NCBI GenBank assembly: GCA_018304465.1
Contig: JAGVWC010000010.1
Span: forward strand, 64,001 to 128,000
DNA from: Candidatus Iainarchaeum sp.
GTDB taxonomy: Archaea > Iainarchaeota > Iainarchaeia > Iainarchaeales > JAGVWC01
Reading direction: 5' to 3'
Length of the DNA stretch: 64,000 nt
Shown here in pieces: positions 37,591-47,737 of the stretch (its first letter is position 1; the number at the start of each line of letters is the position of its first letter). The position numbers were made by a program, and so were the translations under genes. Below the pieces are notes generated by a model. The model made no database searches. It worked only from the letters and a program-made list of their open reading frames with translations, and was not told the origin of the DNA.

Positions 37591-37719
37591 AACAAAGCGA
37601 TTCAAGACAAAGAAAGCCAACAGGCTTTCTTTTCCTATTTCTTTTTCTTTAATCGATCAACCGTCACCGGCCGCAGGCATTCGAAAAACCATATTAACCC
37701 GTTATCTCTTTTTGATTAC

Positions 37720-38439
37720 ATGAAAAGAATCCTCCGGGTAAAAGCGGATCTGCACACTCCAAAAACCGTGAGCTATAACCTACACTCAAAACGAGGCTAT
37801 GAACCACAAGGAACCAAAGCGTTTGTTCCGTTGGGCACCCGTTTAACCAAAGGCCTGAGTCGCCCAGAAAAAGCCCATCAACTACGCGAACTTGCCGCCA
37901 ATTCAGACTATTTCATCAAACCCGTTAGCAAACGAAATCAAGAAATTCGGAAGTTTTTGACGCAACACGGAGTCCGGGTCGAAAAAATCATTGAAGACCT
38001 CAAAAACGGAACCAGCCTTTTTGAAAAAGAAGGCGCCGAACTGGGTTCCGCCGAAGGAATCCGGTTCTTTAAACGAAACCCAGTCCAATACACCCAAAAA
38101 ATCATCGACTTGGTCGCGCGGCTCATCGTACTCGAAGTCTCCCACACGCATTTGCACGTGGGCAACATTGCCATCACGGAAAAAGGAGACGTCATTTTAT
38201 TGGACTTAAGCCGCGCAACCCTTGCCGGCACCGGAAAACACCGGAAATCCCTTCGAAAAATCGTTGAAAAAATTCACCAGGAAAAAACCACGTTTATCCA
38301 AAGCTTCGTGCTATACGCTTTTCGAACACAACACGACCGTAATCCAACCGAATCCGAGTACATTGAAAAGGCCCGACAAATCGAAGACCAAATCCAAGAA
38401 CGAATGTTCGGGCTTGCCAAAGAATGGAAACTCGCCTAA
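37720..38439 (+). CDS. Basic orphan protein with kinase-like motifs
   Basis: YFIK, V.HTHLH.GNIAI...GDVILLDL. Confidence 0.6.
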   Translation: MKRILRVKADLHTPKTVSYNLHSKRGYEPQGTKAFVPLGTRLTKGLSRPEKAHQLRELAANSDYFIKPVSKRNQEIRKFLTQHGVRVEKIIEDLKNGTSLFEKEGAELGSAEGIRFFKRNPVQYTQKIIDLVARLIVLEVSHTHLHVGNIAITEKGDVILLDLSRATLAGTGKHRKSLRKIVEKIHQEKTTFIQSFVLYAFRTQHDRNPTESEYIEKARQIEDQIQERMFGLAKEWKLA

Positions 38440-38449
38440 TTCGCACGAG

Positions 38450-38479
38450 GAGGAAAAAAGGAGGAAGTTCGATGGCAGA
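38450..38479 (+). repeat. 30-bp direct repeat, copy 2
   Basis: Identical to 37395-37424. Confidence 0.9.
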
Positions 38480-38577
38480 AATGCCTTCGATTCTATTTCT
38501 TTTCACTGCAGATTGTTCGTGTGCCCGCGTTGGCATTTTTATTTTTTTTGTCTGAAAATTATTGAATGACTGGTTCG

Positions 38578-38742
38578 TTAGTCCGACTTTGAAGTAAGCA
38601 TAATCAGCCCCACAAAAATCAATACCAGGCCCAGATATAGTGCGACTATCGCGCTCTTGTCCGTAAATAGTATTGTTTCAAGGCCGATACCAATCGTAGT
38701 TAATGCGCTTCCAATTATCCGATTAGTGATTCCTTGTTTCAT
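38578..38742 (-). CDS. Small membrane protein (2 TM)
   Basis: MKQGITNRIIGSAL...; GGGGTG RBS. Confidence 0.55.
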   Translation of the reverse strand: MKQGITNRIIGSALTTIGIGLETILFTDKSAIVALYLGLVLIFVGLIMLTSKSD

Positions 38743-38806
38743 TAAAATACACCCCGATGTATACATTGATTTTACCTTTATAAGCTTATATTCAGAACCA
38801 AAAAAG

Positions 38807-40636
38807 TCATTCTAAAATGCTTGTCAATTTTTGCGTAAAATATGCTGCCTCAATTGGGCACAAAGGAGTATCTTGTGTGAAGGGTTGGTTGGTCATTAAT
38901 TTGCAGTCCCCCAAGAGGTAATTTCTAGCATTCACGCCATCGTTTGCGTAAAAATCAGGCGATCCGAACGAATGCATCATTTCATGCAGCAACACAGGCC
39001 ATAATCGAAATGGTCTTGGTTCGTTGTATTCGGTATATTCTGCGTTAATCACTTGCCCCAAATTTATTTGGGATACAATTACCCCATCTCCCAAATAGAC
39101 TCCCGCAGCGACAACGTTTCTCATAATATTTTTTGTTGTAAGTGATTCGTCTTCCTGACTTATACCATCGGTGGATACTGCAATTACTGTATGAGTATAA
39201 TTGTAATCAGCAATATCGCAAAAATCGAGTATGGTCGATTTGAATGCGGCTGTATCTGAATCGCCAAGCGCGGGGAGAAAGGTTCTTATTTCAGGGGGGG
39301 ATTTGCTGCATCGAACAGCTGTCGTATCGATTTCTATTGGTTTGTTTAAATCCTTGCCTAAAGATAAAATTTTTGTTTTTAACTTACCAATCTGTTCATT
39401 TAACCCCGTCTGAATATGTTCATTCAATGAAGTATTATCGCTCATGTAGACGCCCACGGCTAACAAATTGATGTGTTCAGAGGCACTATTTGGATCGTCA
39501 TTAAAACAGGTGTTTGCTACACACTGCTTGCCTATGCAATCTTCATCGCTTGTACAACCATTGCGACCTAAAGGGACAAACACATTGGGATTGCATATAA
39601 ACATCTGATCGAAATTCTCTAAACCACCAGATTCGGTGATATATGGCCTGTTCGCTATATAGGTTCCACACGAAAAAGTTGGTCGTAGTGAATCAACTAT
39701 CGAAAATGATTGTGAATAATACGGATAAGAAACACCAATCCCGATATTTGAATCAATAATTATTTGCACTAATGAGTTCAAAGTAGCTTTTTCCGTGGGT
39801 AACTGAATATCAACAGCTTTTTTTTCACTGTTTTTTACAAAAATATCTTTTGTGATCAACAAGTATTCCCCATTGTAGGAATGTTGCCCATATTCAATCA
39901 TTGATACCGGATAAAAATAGAATTTCATAGTCAAACCTAAATCTATTCCAAAGTTGTTCACGAGGTTAAATGTTTTTTTCGAGTCGGAGCCTTTGGAGTA
40001 CCACGTTTGGGGATCTATTTCCTCCACATACACGCTATTGCTTTTAGAATAAATTTTTTGTTGGGCAACGTTGTCCACGCAGTTTAAATAATCCGCATTA
40101 TAACATAAACCACCACATACAAGTTTGCAAGATATTGGACTAGAAAAATCGCTTTTTGTAAAAATGTGTAAATCTTCGTCATAGGTATACGTTTTTGGAA
40201 CTGCACACGAAGTGTCAAAGCATACCTCGTTATCCAAACATTGATGCAGAGTTTTTGGCGGATAACCCCGGGTGGTTGCATCGCTACACACGAATGCTTT
40301 TTTTAATCCAGAACACTGGTCTTGACAAGGATTTTGCAAACTAGAATCGTTTTGGTCGGAGTCGACGGACGTTTGGTCATCTATCGCGTCTGGTGCGGTA
40401 GAACTACAAGCACTTATATCGAAATATTTACAATTAGAAGCGCAGCCTAATGTTCCGCCAGAAAAGTTAAAATCAAGGCAATTCCTGCCAGCCAAAAAAT
40501 TTCCGTCACACACTTCACTCCCATCCAGTTCACTATTTCCACAAAGTGACTCTGGCACAGGAGAAAATCCTACTCGGGTACATCCGACTAGAAAGAGAAG
40601 TATTACAATTAGAGCAAAGAAAACAACTTTTTGCAT
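38807..40636 (-). CDS. Cys-rich lipoprotein with C-terminal HExxH metallopeptidase motif
   Basis: Lipobox LVGC, CGN..LDG.EVCDG repeat, LLHEMMHSFG.PDFY; AT-rich. Confidence 0.75.
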   Translation of the reverse strand: MQKVVFFALIVILLFLVGCTRVGFSPVPESLCGNSELDGSEVCDGNFLAGRNCLDFNFSGGTLGCASNCKYFDISACSSTAPDAIDDQTSVDSDQNDSSLQNPCQDQCSGLKKAFVCSDATTRGYPPKTLHQCLDNEVCFDTSCAVPKTYTYDEDLHIFTKSDFSSPISCKLVCGGLCYNADYLNCVDNVAQQKIYSKSNSVYVEEIDPQTWYSKGSDSKKTFNLVNNFGIDLGLTMKFYFYPVSMIEYGQHSYNGEYLLITKDIFVKNSEKKAVDIQLPTEKATLNSLVQIIIDSNIGIGVSYPYYSQSFSIVDSLRPTFSCGTYIANRPYITESGGLENFDQMFICNPNVFVPLGRNGCTSDEDCIGKQCVANTCFNDDPNSASEHINLLAVGVYMSDNTSLNEHIQTGLNEQIGKLKTKILSLGKDLNKPIEIDTTAVRCSKSPPEIRTFLPALGDSDTAAFKSTILDFCDIADYNYTHTVIAVSTDGISQEDESLTTKNIMRNVVAAGVYLGDGVIVSQINLGQVINAEYTEYNEPRPFRLWPVLLHEMMHSFGSPDFYANDGVNARNYLLGDCKLMTNQPFTQDTPLCPIEAAYFTQKLTSILE

Positions 40637-40797
40637 TACCTTACTGCGCAGACTATCAATAAAAAGCTGTTGTCTTTTCCGCAATGAGGAGGTCAACTTC
40701 TTATTTTACTTGTTCGTTTTTATCCCAACGCATAAAAATGCGCTCCCAAAAAAATTAATTACTTTTGCCACAAGACAAATTATTTCAAAAAGACAAT

Positions 40798-41340
40798 TCA
40801 CAAAACAAGCCTAGCCAAGGAATAGTAATTGATCTCGTTTTCCGAATCCACGACCGCTTGCAAACAAACCGTGTGCAGATTCTGACTTAAACGCACCATG
40901 CGCGACAACTGCGGCATCGACAGTTTTTCGTTTTGGGTTTTCACGTCCACGACAAACTGCGAATGCGCTTCTCCGGGCTTTTTTCCCCGCGGATACACGC
41001 GAAAATCAAAACCGAACTTGAAACCCGTCTTGATCACGAAACCTTTTTCGCGAAAATCACAATACACCACGAATTTCTTGTAAAAATGCGGTTCGAGTTT
41101 TTCAGCCAACAAAAGCAACTGCCGCGCCGACACCGCTTTGCCGGCTTTTTCGATCTTTAATCGCTCGCGTTCCAGCAAAAACAAGGCCTCGTTCAAATCC
41201 AATACGAGTTCACGGCCTTTGCGTTCCCCGAATCCTTTTTGAAACAACCGATCCAACTCAGACTGGGAACGAACCAACACCTTGTTACCCGTCAATTCGA
41301 TCAAGGCAAGCTTTTTCGAACGCGTTTTCTTTGCGGCCAT
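40798..41340 (-). CDS. endA: tRNA splicing endonuclease subunit
   Basis: L.L.EA.FL, F.VY.D.R.KG..IKTGFKFG.DFRVY, H, AVVD.E..I.YY. Confidence 0.9.
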   Translation of the reverse strand: MAAKKTRSKKLALIELTGNKVLVRSQSELDRLFQKGFGERKGRELVLDLNEALFLLERERLKIEKAGKAVSARQLLLLAEKLEPHFYKKFVVYCDFREKGFVIKTGFKFGFDFRVYPRGKKPGEAHSQFVVDVKTQNEKLSMPQLSRMVRLSQNLHTVCLQAVVDSENEINYYSLARLVL

Positions 41341-41415
41341 CCTATATAGCAACTTCAATTGAACCTTAAAAACCCATGCGTTTTAAAAAACCTCGATTCC
41401 TTGAATAGTCCTATC

Positions 41416-42513
41416 ATGAAACCCGAAGAAAACGCGATTGACGCGTGGAGCAACCAAGCCATCACCGATTACGACCACGTCTTCAAAGAATTCGGATTAA
41501 AACCGTTTCCAAAAACAATGGCAACCGAACTAAACCATTATTTGTTTGAACGCGGCATCATTATCGCGCACCGCGACTTTGACAAGATATTCGAACGCAT
41601 CCAGAAAAAAAAGCCGTTCATCAACATTACGGGCATCGCGTCCAGCGGACCCTATCACCTCGGGCACAAAGTCGACATCGATTTGTTCGCTTTTTTGAAA
41701 AAAAAAGGAGCCAAAAACTATTTTGCGGTCTGTGACATCGACGGATACGTTTCGCGAAGCGACGCCAAAGTGCCTTCGATGAAAGCCGCCAAGGAATTCG
41801 CGGTTCAAAACACGGCGGACGCGCTGGCCCTGGGACTCGACCCCGAAGACATTTACGTGCAATCCAAAAAACCCAGCCGGTACTACGAGTTTTCGTTTGA
41901 AATCAGCAAAAAAATCACGACCTCGACTTTCGAAGCCATTTACGGACACTTGGACATGGGAAAAATATCCGCGAACTTATTGCAATACGCCGATATTTTG
42001 CACGGACAACTCCCCGAATTCGAAGGAAAAATGCCTTCGGTCACCGGAATCGGCTTGGACCAAGACCCCCATGCCCGCGCGACCCGCGACTTTGTCGAAC
42101 GCCTGCCCTATGAAATGGAAAAACCCTCGTTTTTGTATTTTAAACACCAATCCGGACTCAAGGAAGGAAGCAAAATGAGCGCGTCCGAACCCGACACCGC
42201 GATTTTCCTAAACGATCCCCCCAAAGAAATCGAGCGAAAAATCCAGCGCGCGTTTACGGGCGGAAGACCCACATTGGAAGAACACCGAAAACTCGGCGGC
42301 GTCCTTGAAATCGACAAAGTATTCGAAATGCTCTGGTTCCATTATCCGAACACCAAAGAACTCTTGGCCATCGCCGACGAATTCAAAAGCGGAAAAATGC
42401 TTTCGCGCGAAATGAAACAAATCGCGATCGACTATTTCGTGCCGATGCTTTTAGAACACCAGAAAAAAGCGAAAGAAAACCTCGCCAAAGCCAAAAAAAT
42501 CGTGTACGGATAA
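41416..42513 (+). CDS. trpS: Tryptophanyl-tRNA synthetase
   Basis: RGIIIAHRD, SG.YHLGH, Q.ADIL, G.DQDPH, KMSAS, AFTGGR.T.EEHRKLGG. Confidence 0.93.
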   Translation: MKPEENAIDAWSNQAITDYDHVFKEFGLKPFPKTMATELNHYLFERGIIIAHRDFDKIFERIQKKKPFINITGIASSGPYHLGHKVDIDLFAFLKKKGAKNYFAVCDIDGYVSRSDAKVPSMKAAKEFAVQNTADALALGLDPEDIYVQSKKPSRYYEFSFEISKKITTSTFEAIYGHLDMGKISANLLQYADILHGQLPEFEGKMPSVTGIGLDQDPHARATRDFVERLPYEMEKPSFLYFKHQSGLKEGSKMSASEPDTAIFLNDPPKEIERKIQRAFTGGRPTLEEHRKLGGVLEIDKVFEMLWFHYPNTKELLAIADEFKSGKMLSREMKQIAIDYFVPMLLEHQKKAKENLAKAKKIVYG

Positions 42514-42951
42514 TTATTTTTTCGTTTCGTGCGGAACAATGAGTTCTTCCACTTCGATTTGAGTGGACAACCGCACCTGTTGCACCAGATTCTTGTAATA
42601 TTCGTTTTGCTGACGCACCAAAAAAATATGGCTACAGCGGTTTAATTCCGCCAACTGAACGATTTTCTGGGGAACCCCGCCCCATTCCAAAACGGATTCG
42701 ACTTGTTTTCCCTGAACCGACAAAAACGTGGAAATCTGCTGCATCAACTGGTTCGCGACCCGGATTTCGTTCGTGGTAAACCCGAACGGCCCCACAGATT
42801 CTTTCTGGTCAATCACGGACAATAACACCACACGATCGGCGTCACGACTGGCCTGAACCAAAAAATCAGGCGTATTCTCAAACTTGGACAAAATCGGAAT
42901 CAACACAGAACGCAAATTCGGTTTGGCCATATGCAGCATCCTTTCAATCAA
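42514..42951 (-). CDS. Universal stress protein-like protein
   Basis: SVLIP, V.LLSVID, LEWG....KIV.LA. Confidence 0.55.
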   Translation of the reverse strand: MIERMLHMAKPNLRSVLIPILSKFENTPDFLVQASRDADRVVLLSVIDQKESVGPFGFTTNEIRVANQLMQQISTFLSVQGKQVESVLEWGGVPQKIVQLAELNRCSHIFLVRQQNEYYKNLVQQVRLSTQIEVEELIVPHETKK

Positions 42952-43765
42952 TCAGTTTATACAACCCTTTCTTCTTTTCAAACACGAAACCATCGTCTTT
43001 TAGAAACTCGCACAGCGTTCTCGCGAAAAAAACACCGGTCTTTACACCCGCCGCCAACTCTTCCACGGTCGCGGTGGGATGATCGCGGAAAAAATCCATC
43101 GCCAACGGATTAAAATCGCGGTACAAACGGGTTTCGATCACGTAAAACGACCCGTCAAAACTCTTGATGCCCCGCACTTCCCCCGCCTTGATGCGCACAT
43201 ACAATTGCGAACTCGCATCCTTTGCTTCTTTTTCGTTCCGAATAATCACGAAACCGTTTTTGGTCATGGACAAATCATCCGCTGACTTCGGATCCGACAA
43301 ATCTTTTTTCGTTGTAACCTGCGATTCTTTTTTTTCCGGCAACGATCCGGGAGAAACGCGATAAATCTCGTTTTTGTACTTTTCATTCAAACGAAACGGT
43401 TCCACGACGCCTTCCTTTAACAATTCCCGAAACCGCTTCAATTCTTCGGCGGATAACTGCCGCTCAAAAGATCCCACAATGCGCTTGGGAAGAAGCGTCT
43501 TGTCGGAAAGCATCCCCAAAAGCTTTTCATCCAGCGGATTTCCAAAAGAAGACGGTTGCAGCGACAACGAAACGGAAGAATCCAATGGCACCGCCTCAAA
43601 ACCAGGCGCGTTTTTTTCTTTTGCGGCGTCCGAAAACAACACGATAAACCCTTTTTGAGTTGAAACCACTTCAAACGACAAGTAATCGGAAAAACCCAAT
43701 TTTTCCTGATCCTCCAACGAGAAGACCAACACGAACTCTTTTCCACGGCGTTCCAGACGAGCCAT
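42944..43765 (-). CDS. Hypothetical protein, possible C-terminal winged helix
   Basis: ORF with core codon usage; T..EL.....L...G...EKKKG.Y. Confidence 0.6.
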   Translation of the reverse strand: MARLERRGKEFVLVFSLEDQEKLGFSDYLSFEVVSTQKGFIVLFSDAAKEKNAPGFEAVPLDSSVSLSLQPSSFGNPLDEKLLGMLSDKTLLPKRIVGSFERQLSAEELKRFRELLKEGVVEPFRLNEKYKNEIYRVSPGSLPEKKESQVTTKKDLSDPKSADDLSMTKNGFVIIRNEKEAKDASSQLYVRIKAGEVRGIKSFDGSFYVIETRLYRDFNPLAMDFFRDHPTATVEELAAGVKTGVFFARTLCEFLKDDGFVFEKKKGLYKLID

Positions 43766-43844
43766 CAACACTACTAGTAATAGCCACAAAAAGGATTTAT
43801 AAAGCCGGTTTTTCTTCGCAAACAAATAAAACCACGAAACATCC

Positions 43845-44744
43845 ATGTTTTTCATGCCCCCCAGGTACATGACCCAAAAGTTTCGAAACCACGCGCGTGA
43901 AATCATCGAACAAAGCCGGCGCACCGGCGAAAACGCGTTCCAACAACTCTTCGGAAACGAACACGCCTCCAAAACCCCACATGGAATGTACAAGCAACTA
44001 AAATTACCTCAACACCAAATCGAATTGCTCGAACAAGACCGATTACGACACACCGAATACCCGGACAAAACACGGGAATGGCTCACCTGGATCGCCCGCA
44101 AGCGACTCGAACAAAGAAACGCCGCTTTGAAAAAACAACAACGAACCAAAAAAACAAAAACCCAAAAACAGGGCAAAACCCTGCCACCCAACACCAGGGC
44201 CCCGCGTCGAACCCCTTCGTCCAAAACACCGATTCCAACCGCGCGCATTTCGACTCCCAAAGAACACGCCTTGGACGGTCTTCAAACCGCGCTTGCGGCG
44301 TATAACAAGAATCCCACGCCGGAAAATTTTCGCGCCTTAAACAGTCACCTCACCCACATGCGATCCCACGACCAAGCAGTCGCGGCCACATACGAAGAAC
44401 TTATGGATGAAATTTATCGGCGCGCACATCCGGCGCCCGAAAAGAAAACGGTTTCAAAACCCGTGCAACCCACCCCCAGCCCACGACCTTTCACACCCGT
44501 GGCCGCCCAACAAACTCAACCGGCCCTGTCACCGGTGCGAACACCCGAGGACACCCTGCGCGAAAAATGCAGCGGGGCCATCAGCGCTTTTTTGAAAAAC
44601 CCGAATCTTGACGCTTACGCCGCGATTCAACAAGCCATTGCCACCTTGGCCGCCACCAACCCCACCCAAGCCCAGGCATACCAGACCTACATTGGAAAAG
44701 AAATGTGGCGCCGCGGATGGCTCGAAAGAGATTATAAAAGATAA
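43845..44744 (+). CDS. Orphan protein, basic and Pro/Thr-rich with internal helical repeat
   Basis: AL.AY.KNP..E and AI.AF.KNP..D repeats; divergent promoter region. Confidence 0.6.
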   Translation: MFFMPPRYMTQKFRNHAREIIEQSRRTGENAFQQLFGNEHASKTPHGMYKQLKLPQHQIELLEQDRLRHTEYPDKTREWLTWIARKRLEQRNAALKKQQRTKKTKTQKQGKTLPPNTRAPRRTPSSKTPIPTARISTPKEHALDGLQTALAAYNKNPTPENFRALNSHLTHMRSHDQAVAATYEELMDEIYRRAHPAPEKKTVSKPVQPTPSPRPFTPVAAQQTQPALSPVRTPEDTLREKCSGAISAFLKNPNLDAYAAIQQAIATLAATNPTQAQAYQTYIGKEMWRRGWLERDYKR

Positions 44745-44774
44745 AAAAAATAGAAAAAAAAAGAATCGTGGGTT

Positions 44775-45683
44775 TTACGCCACGACTTCGATGTTCAAAC
44801 GCTTTTTGAGTTCGCGGTAACGATTTCGGATCGTGACTTCGGTCACTCCCGCGACGTTTGCGACTTCTTTTTGCGTTCGGCGCTCTCCTTTCAAAAGGCT
44901 TGCGATGTACACGGCGGCTGCCGCAACACCGGTCGGACCGCGGCCTGAAATCAAACCGTTTCCGATGGCCTTTTCAAGGATCTTTCGGCCTTCTTCCTGC
45001 ACTTCTCCCGACAAGTTCAATTCCGACGCGAAACGCGGAATGTAATAAATCGGGTTGGTCAACGGAACTTCGAGTTTTAACTCGCGCACCAAAAACCGGT
45101 AGGTTCGGCCGATTTCTTTTTTCGTCAAACCGCTTGCTTCCGCCATTTCGTTTAACGTACGCGGAACGTTATACGTCCGGCACACAGTGTACAAAACAGC
45201 CGCAACAACGGCTTCGATGAGTCGACCGCGAATCAAACCTTTCTTGACGGTTTTACGGTACAAGAGCGCGGCCGCTTCGATCAAAGACTCCGGAATATTC
45301 AAGTACGACGCCACACGACGCAACTCCGTCAATGCAATGGAGAGGTTTCGCTGCATGCTCGAACTGATCGACGCGCGTTTATGCCACTTGATCAAGCGAT
45401 ACATCTGCGCCCGGCTTTTGGTCGAAAGCTTGTTTCCGCGAAGATCGGTTCCGCGACGGTCAATCATCGTGACAAGCCCTTTGTTAAGCTTGACGTATTT
45501 CATCGGCGAACCACTGCGCGCGACTTCGTCGAATTGATTCGAATTGAAACTGCGCCACTCTTTTCCGAAATCCACCATGTCGTCGTTGATCACCAGACCG
45601 CAGCTTTGGCAAATCATTTCTCCGCGTTCCTGGTCTCGGACGATCTTGGTGCTTCCGCAATCTGGACACTTTTCTTCTGTCAT
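44775..45683 (-). CDS. tfb: Transcription initiation factor IIB
   Basis: CPDCGS...D..RGE.IC..CGLV zinc ribbon, EWRSF, RGR.IE, GRGPTG.AAA, VTEVTIRNRY. Confidence 0.97.
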   Translation of the reverse strand: MTEEKCPDCGSTKIVRDQERGEMICQSCGLVINDDMVDFGKEWRSFNSNQFDEVARSGSPMKYVKLNKGLVTMIDRRGTDLRGNKLSTKSRAQMYRLIKWHKRASISSSMQRNLSIALTELRRVASYLNIPESLIEAAALLYRKTVKKGLIRGRLIEAVVAAVLYTVCRTYNVPRTLNEMAEASGLTKKEIGRTYRFLVRELKLEVPLTNPIYYIPRFASELNLSGEVQEEGRKILEKAIGNGLISGRGPTGVAAAAVYIASLLKGERRTQKEVANVAGVTEVTIRNRYRELKKRLNIEVVA

Positions 45684-45845
45684 AAATTACTTCCCCCTAT
45701 CGCCCAAATTTTACCAAACCCAACGGCGACGGCTGTGAAACGACGTCACCGTAAAAAAAGGGCATTCTATATAAATAGGTGCCTCTGAACTATTTAAACC
45801 TATCGGAAACCGGATAACCGAGGAATAGACCTAAAACGCCCCAGT

Positions 45846-46352
45846 TCACTTCTTTTCGGAAGCGGGCTTTTTGGGTTTGGGGGTTTCCTTTTTGGCTTCT
45901 TTTTTTGCAGCTTTGGATGCTTTGGGTTCCGAAAACGCCTTTTCTTCCGAAGCGGCCAATAAAACGGCATTCACGCCACCGGAATGGCCCGGTCGCGAGG
46001 TAATCCTGACCATGCGAGTTGCGTTCCCCAGTTCGACTTCGACAATGGCGCCACGGGTTAAAATGTTTCGGCGGGCGTATTGACGGTTCGCGTCATTTTG
46101 CCGAACCGTTATAAGGGATCCGACCACGTTTTTCTTGGTTTGGGAATCGGTCACCGTGACTTTGTTGGCCAATAAATGCTTGATTTTGGTGTTTCCACCG
46201 AGCGAAGAAAGGGTTTTTTTGCGGTCTTGGGGAGCGATTTTGGTTTCGGAAAAAACGCCGCCTTTTTCGGATTCTTTCTTATCGCGTGCGTTCACGCTGT
46301 TGTTTAGTCCGCCGCTGGGCTTGCGAAGAGACGGTTTATCCCAATTAACCAT
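45846..46352 (-). CDS. rps8e: 30S ribosomal protein S8e
   Basis: S.RKPSGG, GGN.K, N.ANRQY.RRNILTRGA, ITSRPG.SG.VNAV. Confidence 0.93.
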   Translation of the reverse strand: MVNWDKPSLRKPSGGLNNSVNARDKKESEKGGVFSETKIAPQDRKKTLSSLGGNTKIKHLLANKVTVTDSQTKKNVVGSLITVRQNDANRQYARRNILTRGAIVEVELGNATRMVRITSRPGHSGGVNAVLLAASEEKAFSEPKASKAAKKEAKKETPKPKKPASEKK

Positions 46353-46400
46353 TCCATTTCCTCCAAAAACGCTTTTTAATCCATTATTCTGTCAATTAAT

Positions 46401-46964
46401 ATGATGAAAATCCAAAAACTGGAAAACGGGTTTCTCGGCATTGAAACCGGAACCACTACTATTAAAGAACCTGACAGCGTTCTTAAAAAGCTTTCTTTGA
46501 TTAAAGGCGCTTCAGACGCCTGGATTCAGGGGTTTTCGACCCGCCGGGTACTAAACGAGATCCATATCGGATTTGCCGCATATCAAACCAACGTGGCCAT
46601 TTGGCGGAAACGCTGTTTTTCTCCGGTTCCGGCATTGGATTTTTTGATTCGCTTGTCTGGACAAAAACAAGTCACCCACGCGATACGGGATTTTGGAATC
46701 AAAGAAGGCGCGCGACAACCCACGGGAATCGTGGCGTTTGCACTGGACAAAACCGATTGCCGACGCATGATCAACGAAGGGATTGTCGCCTTGGATTTGA
46801 AACCGGAAAAAAGACACGTTCCTTCGAAAGAACAATTGGAAGAAATCCGGCAATACTTCTACATAACTCGTTTTGCCTCGGAACGTTTTCCCCCCTCCGC
46901 AAAAACCCGTTTCACCGAATCCACGATCCTCGAAAAAATCGCTTTGCTGGAACTGGAGCACTAA
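46401..46964 (+). CDS. cgi121: KEOPS complex subunit Cgi121
   Basis: Q......H...A, FL.RLSG.KQV..AI..FGIK.G, ILEKIAL. Confidence 0.75.
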   Translation: MMKIQKLENGFLGIETGTTTIKEPDSVLKKLSLIKGASDAWIQGFSTRRVLNEIHIGFAAYQTNVAIWRKRCFSPVPALDFLIRLSGQKQVTHAIRDFGIKEGARQPTGIVAFALDKTDCRRMINEGIVALDLKPEKRHVPSKEQLEEIRQYFYITRFASERFPPSAKTRFTESTILEKIALLELEH

Positions 46965-46968
46965 CCCC

Positions 46969-47718
46969 ATGACACGGTCCATTTTCAAAAAAATCATCGC
47001 TTTGCGCACACCGCTTCGCGGAATGGTTCCAAAAATCCGAATCCAATACCTCGTCCCGGCCAAAACCGCGTTTGGAAGACGAATTCGTCGCCTGGACCGA
47101 TCACAGCCATCGCATAGCCGCGAACTGGCCACCCGAAAAATCGTGTTGCCGATGGCCAAAACCATTTTGGGTTCGTACATGGCGGGATTATTGTTGGTCG
47201 GAAGCGCGCAAACCAGCATCCGCGCGGCGCAACACAATCCGATTCTTCGCTTGTCCAAAAAAGAAGAAAGCGACGTCGACTTGGTCGTTGTGTCCCCTCA
47301 CCGATGCGACTCCTTCGAATTCTTGAATCGATTCCACCGGTTTTCAAAAGCGGTTCACGAAACGTTTTTGCAACACGGAATTCCGTTCGAACCCCACGTC
47401 ATGTACCGGTTGCTTCGACACCCGCCGCGCTCAATTGAAGCGGTCCGGCAGCTCGAGCTCGTGCCGCCCGACGGACCGCGGTTGAAAAACCGCCTCAAAA
47501 GCCCGTTTCAAATTATTTACGGAAAAGAACTTCAGCTTGCCGTAAACGAATTTTTTTCGACCGAAGAACAAGACGAGGTTCGATTGCAGATGATCCAGCG
47601 AAAAATGAAAAAACTTCCGTTCAAAGTCAAACGACGCGCCAAGCGCAAGGCCCTAAACGAAGCCGTCCGAAAAATCCAGAACCGAAGACGCGTCCAACGC
47701 GCAAACGGCGAACAATAA
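46969..47718 (+). CDS. Basic orphan protein with internal hydrophobic segment
   Basis: Arg/Lys-rich ends; ATG 46969 just after cgi121 stop. Confidence 0.55.
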   Translation: MTRSIFKKIIALRTPLRGMVPKIRIQYLVPAKTAFGRRIRRLDRSQPSHSRELATRKIVLPMAKTILGSYMAGLLLVGSAQTSIRAAQHNPILRLSKKEESDVDLVVVSPHRCDSFEFLNRFHRFSKAVHETFLQHGIPFEPHVMYRLLRHPPRSIEAVRQLELVPPDGPRLKNRLKSPFQIIYGKELQLAVNEFFSTEEQDEVRLQMIQRKMKKLPFKVKRRAKRKALNEAVRKIQNRRRVQRANGEQ

Positions 47719-47737
47719 ATCACGATTCGTCTTCAAC

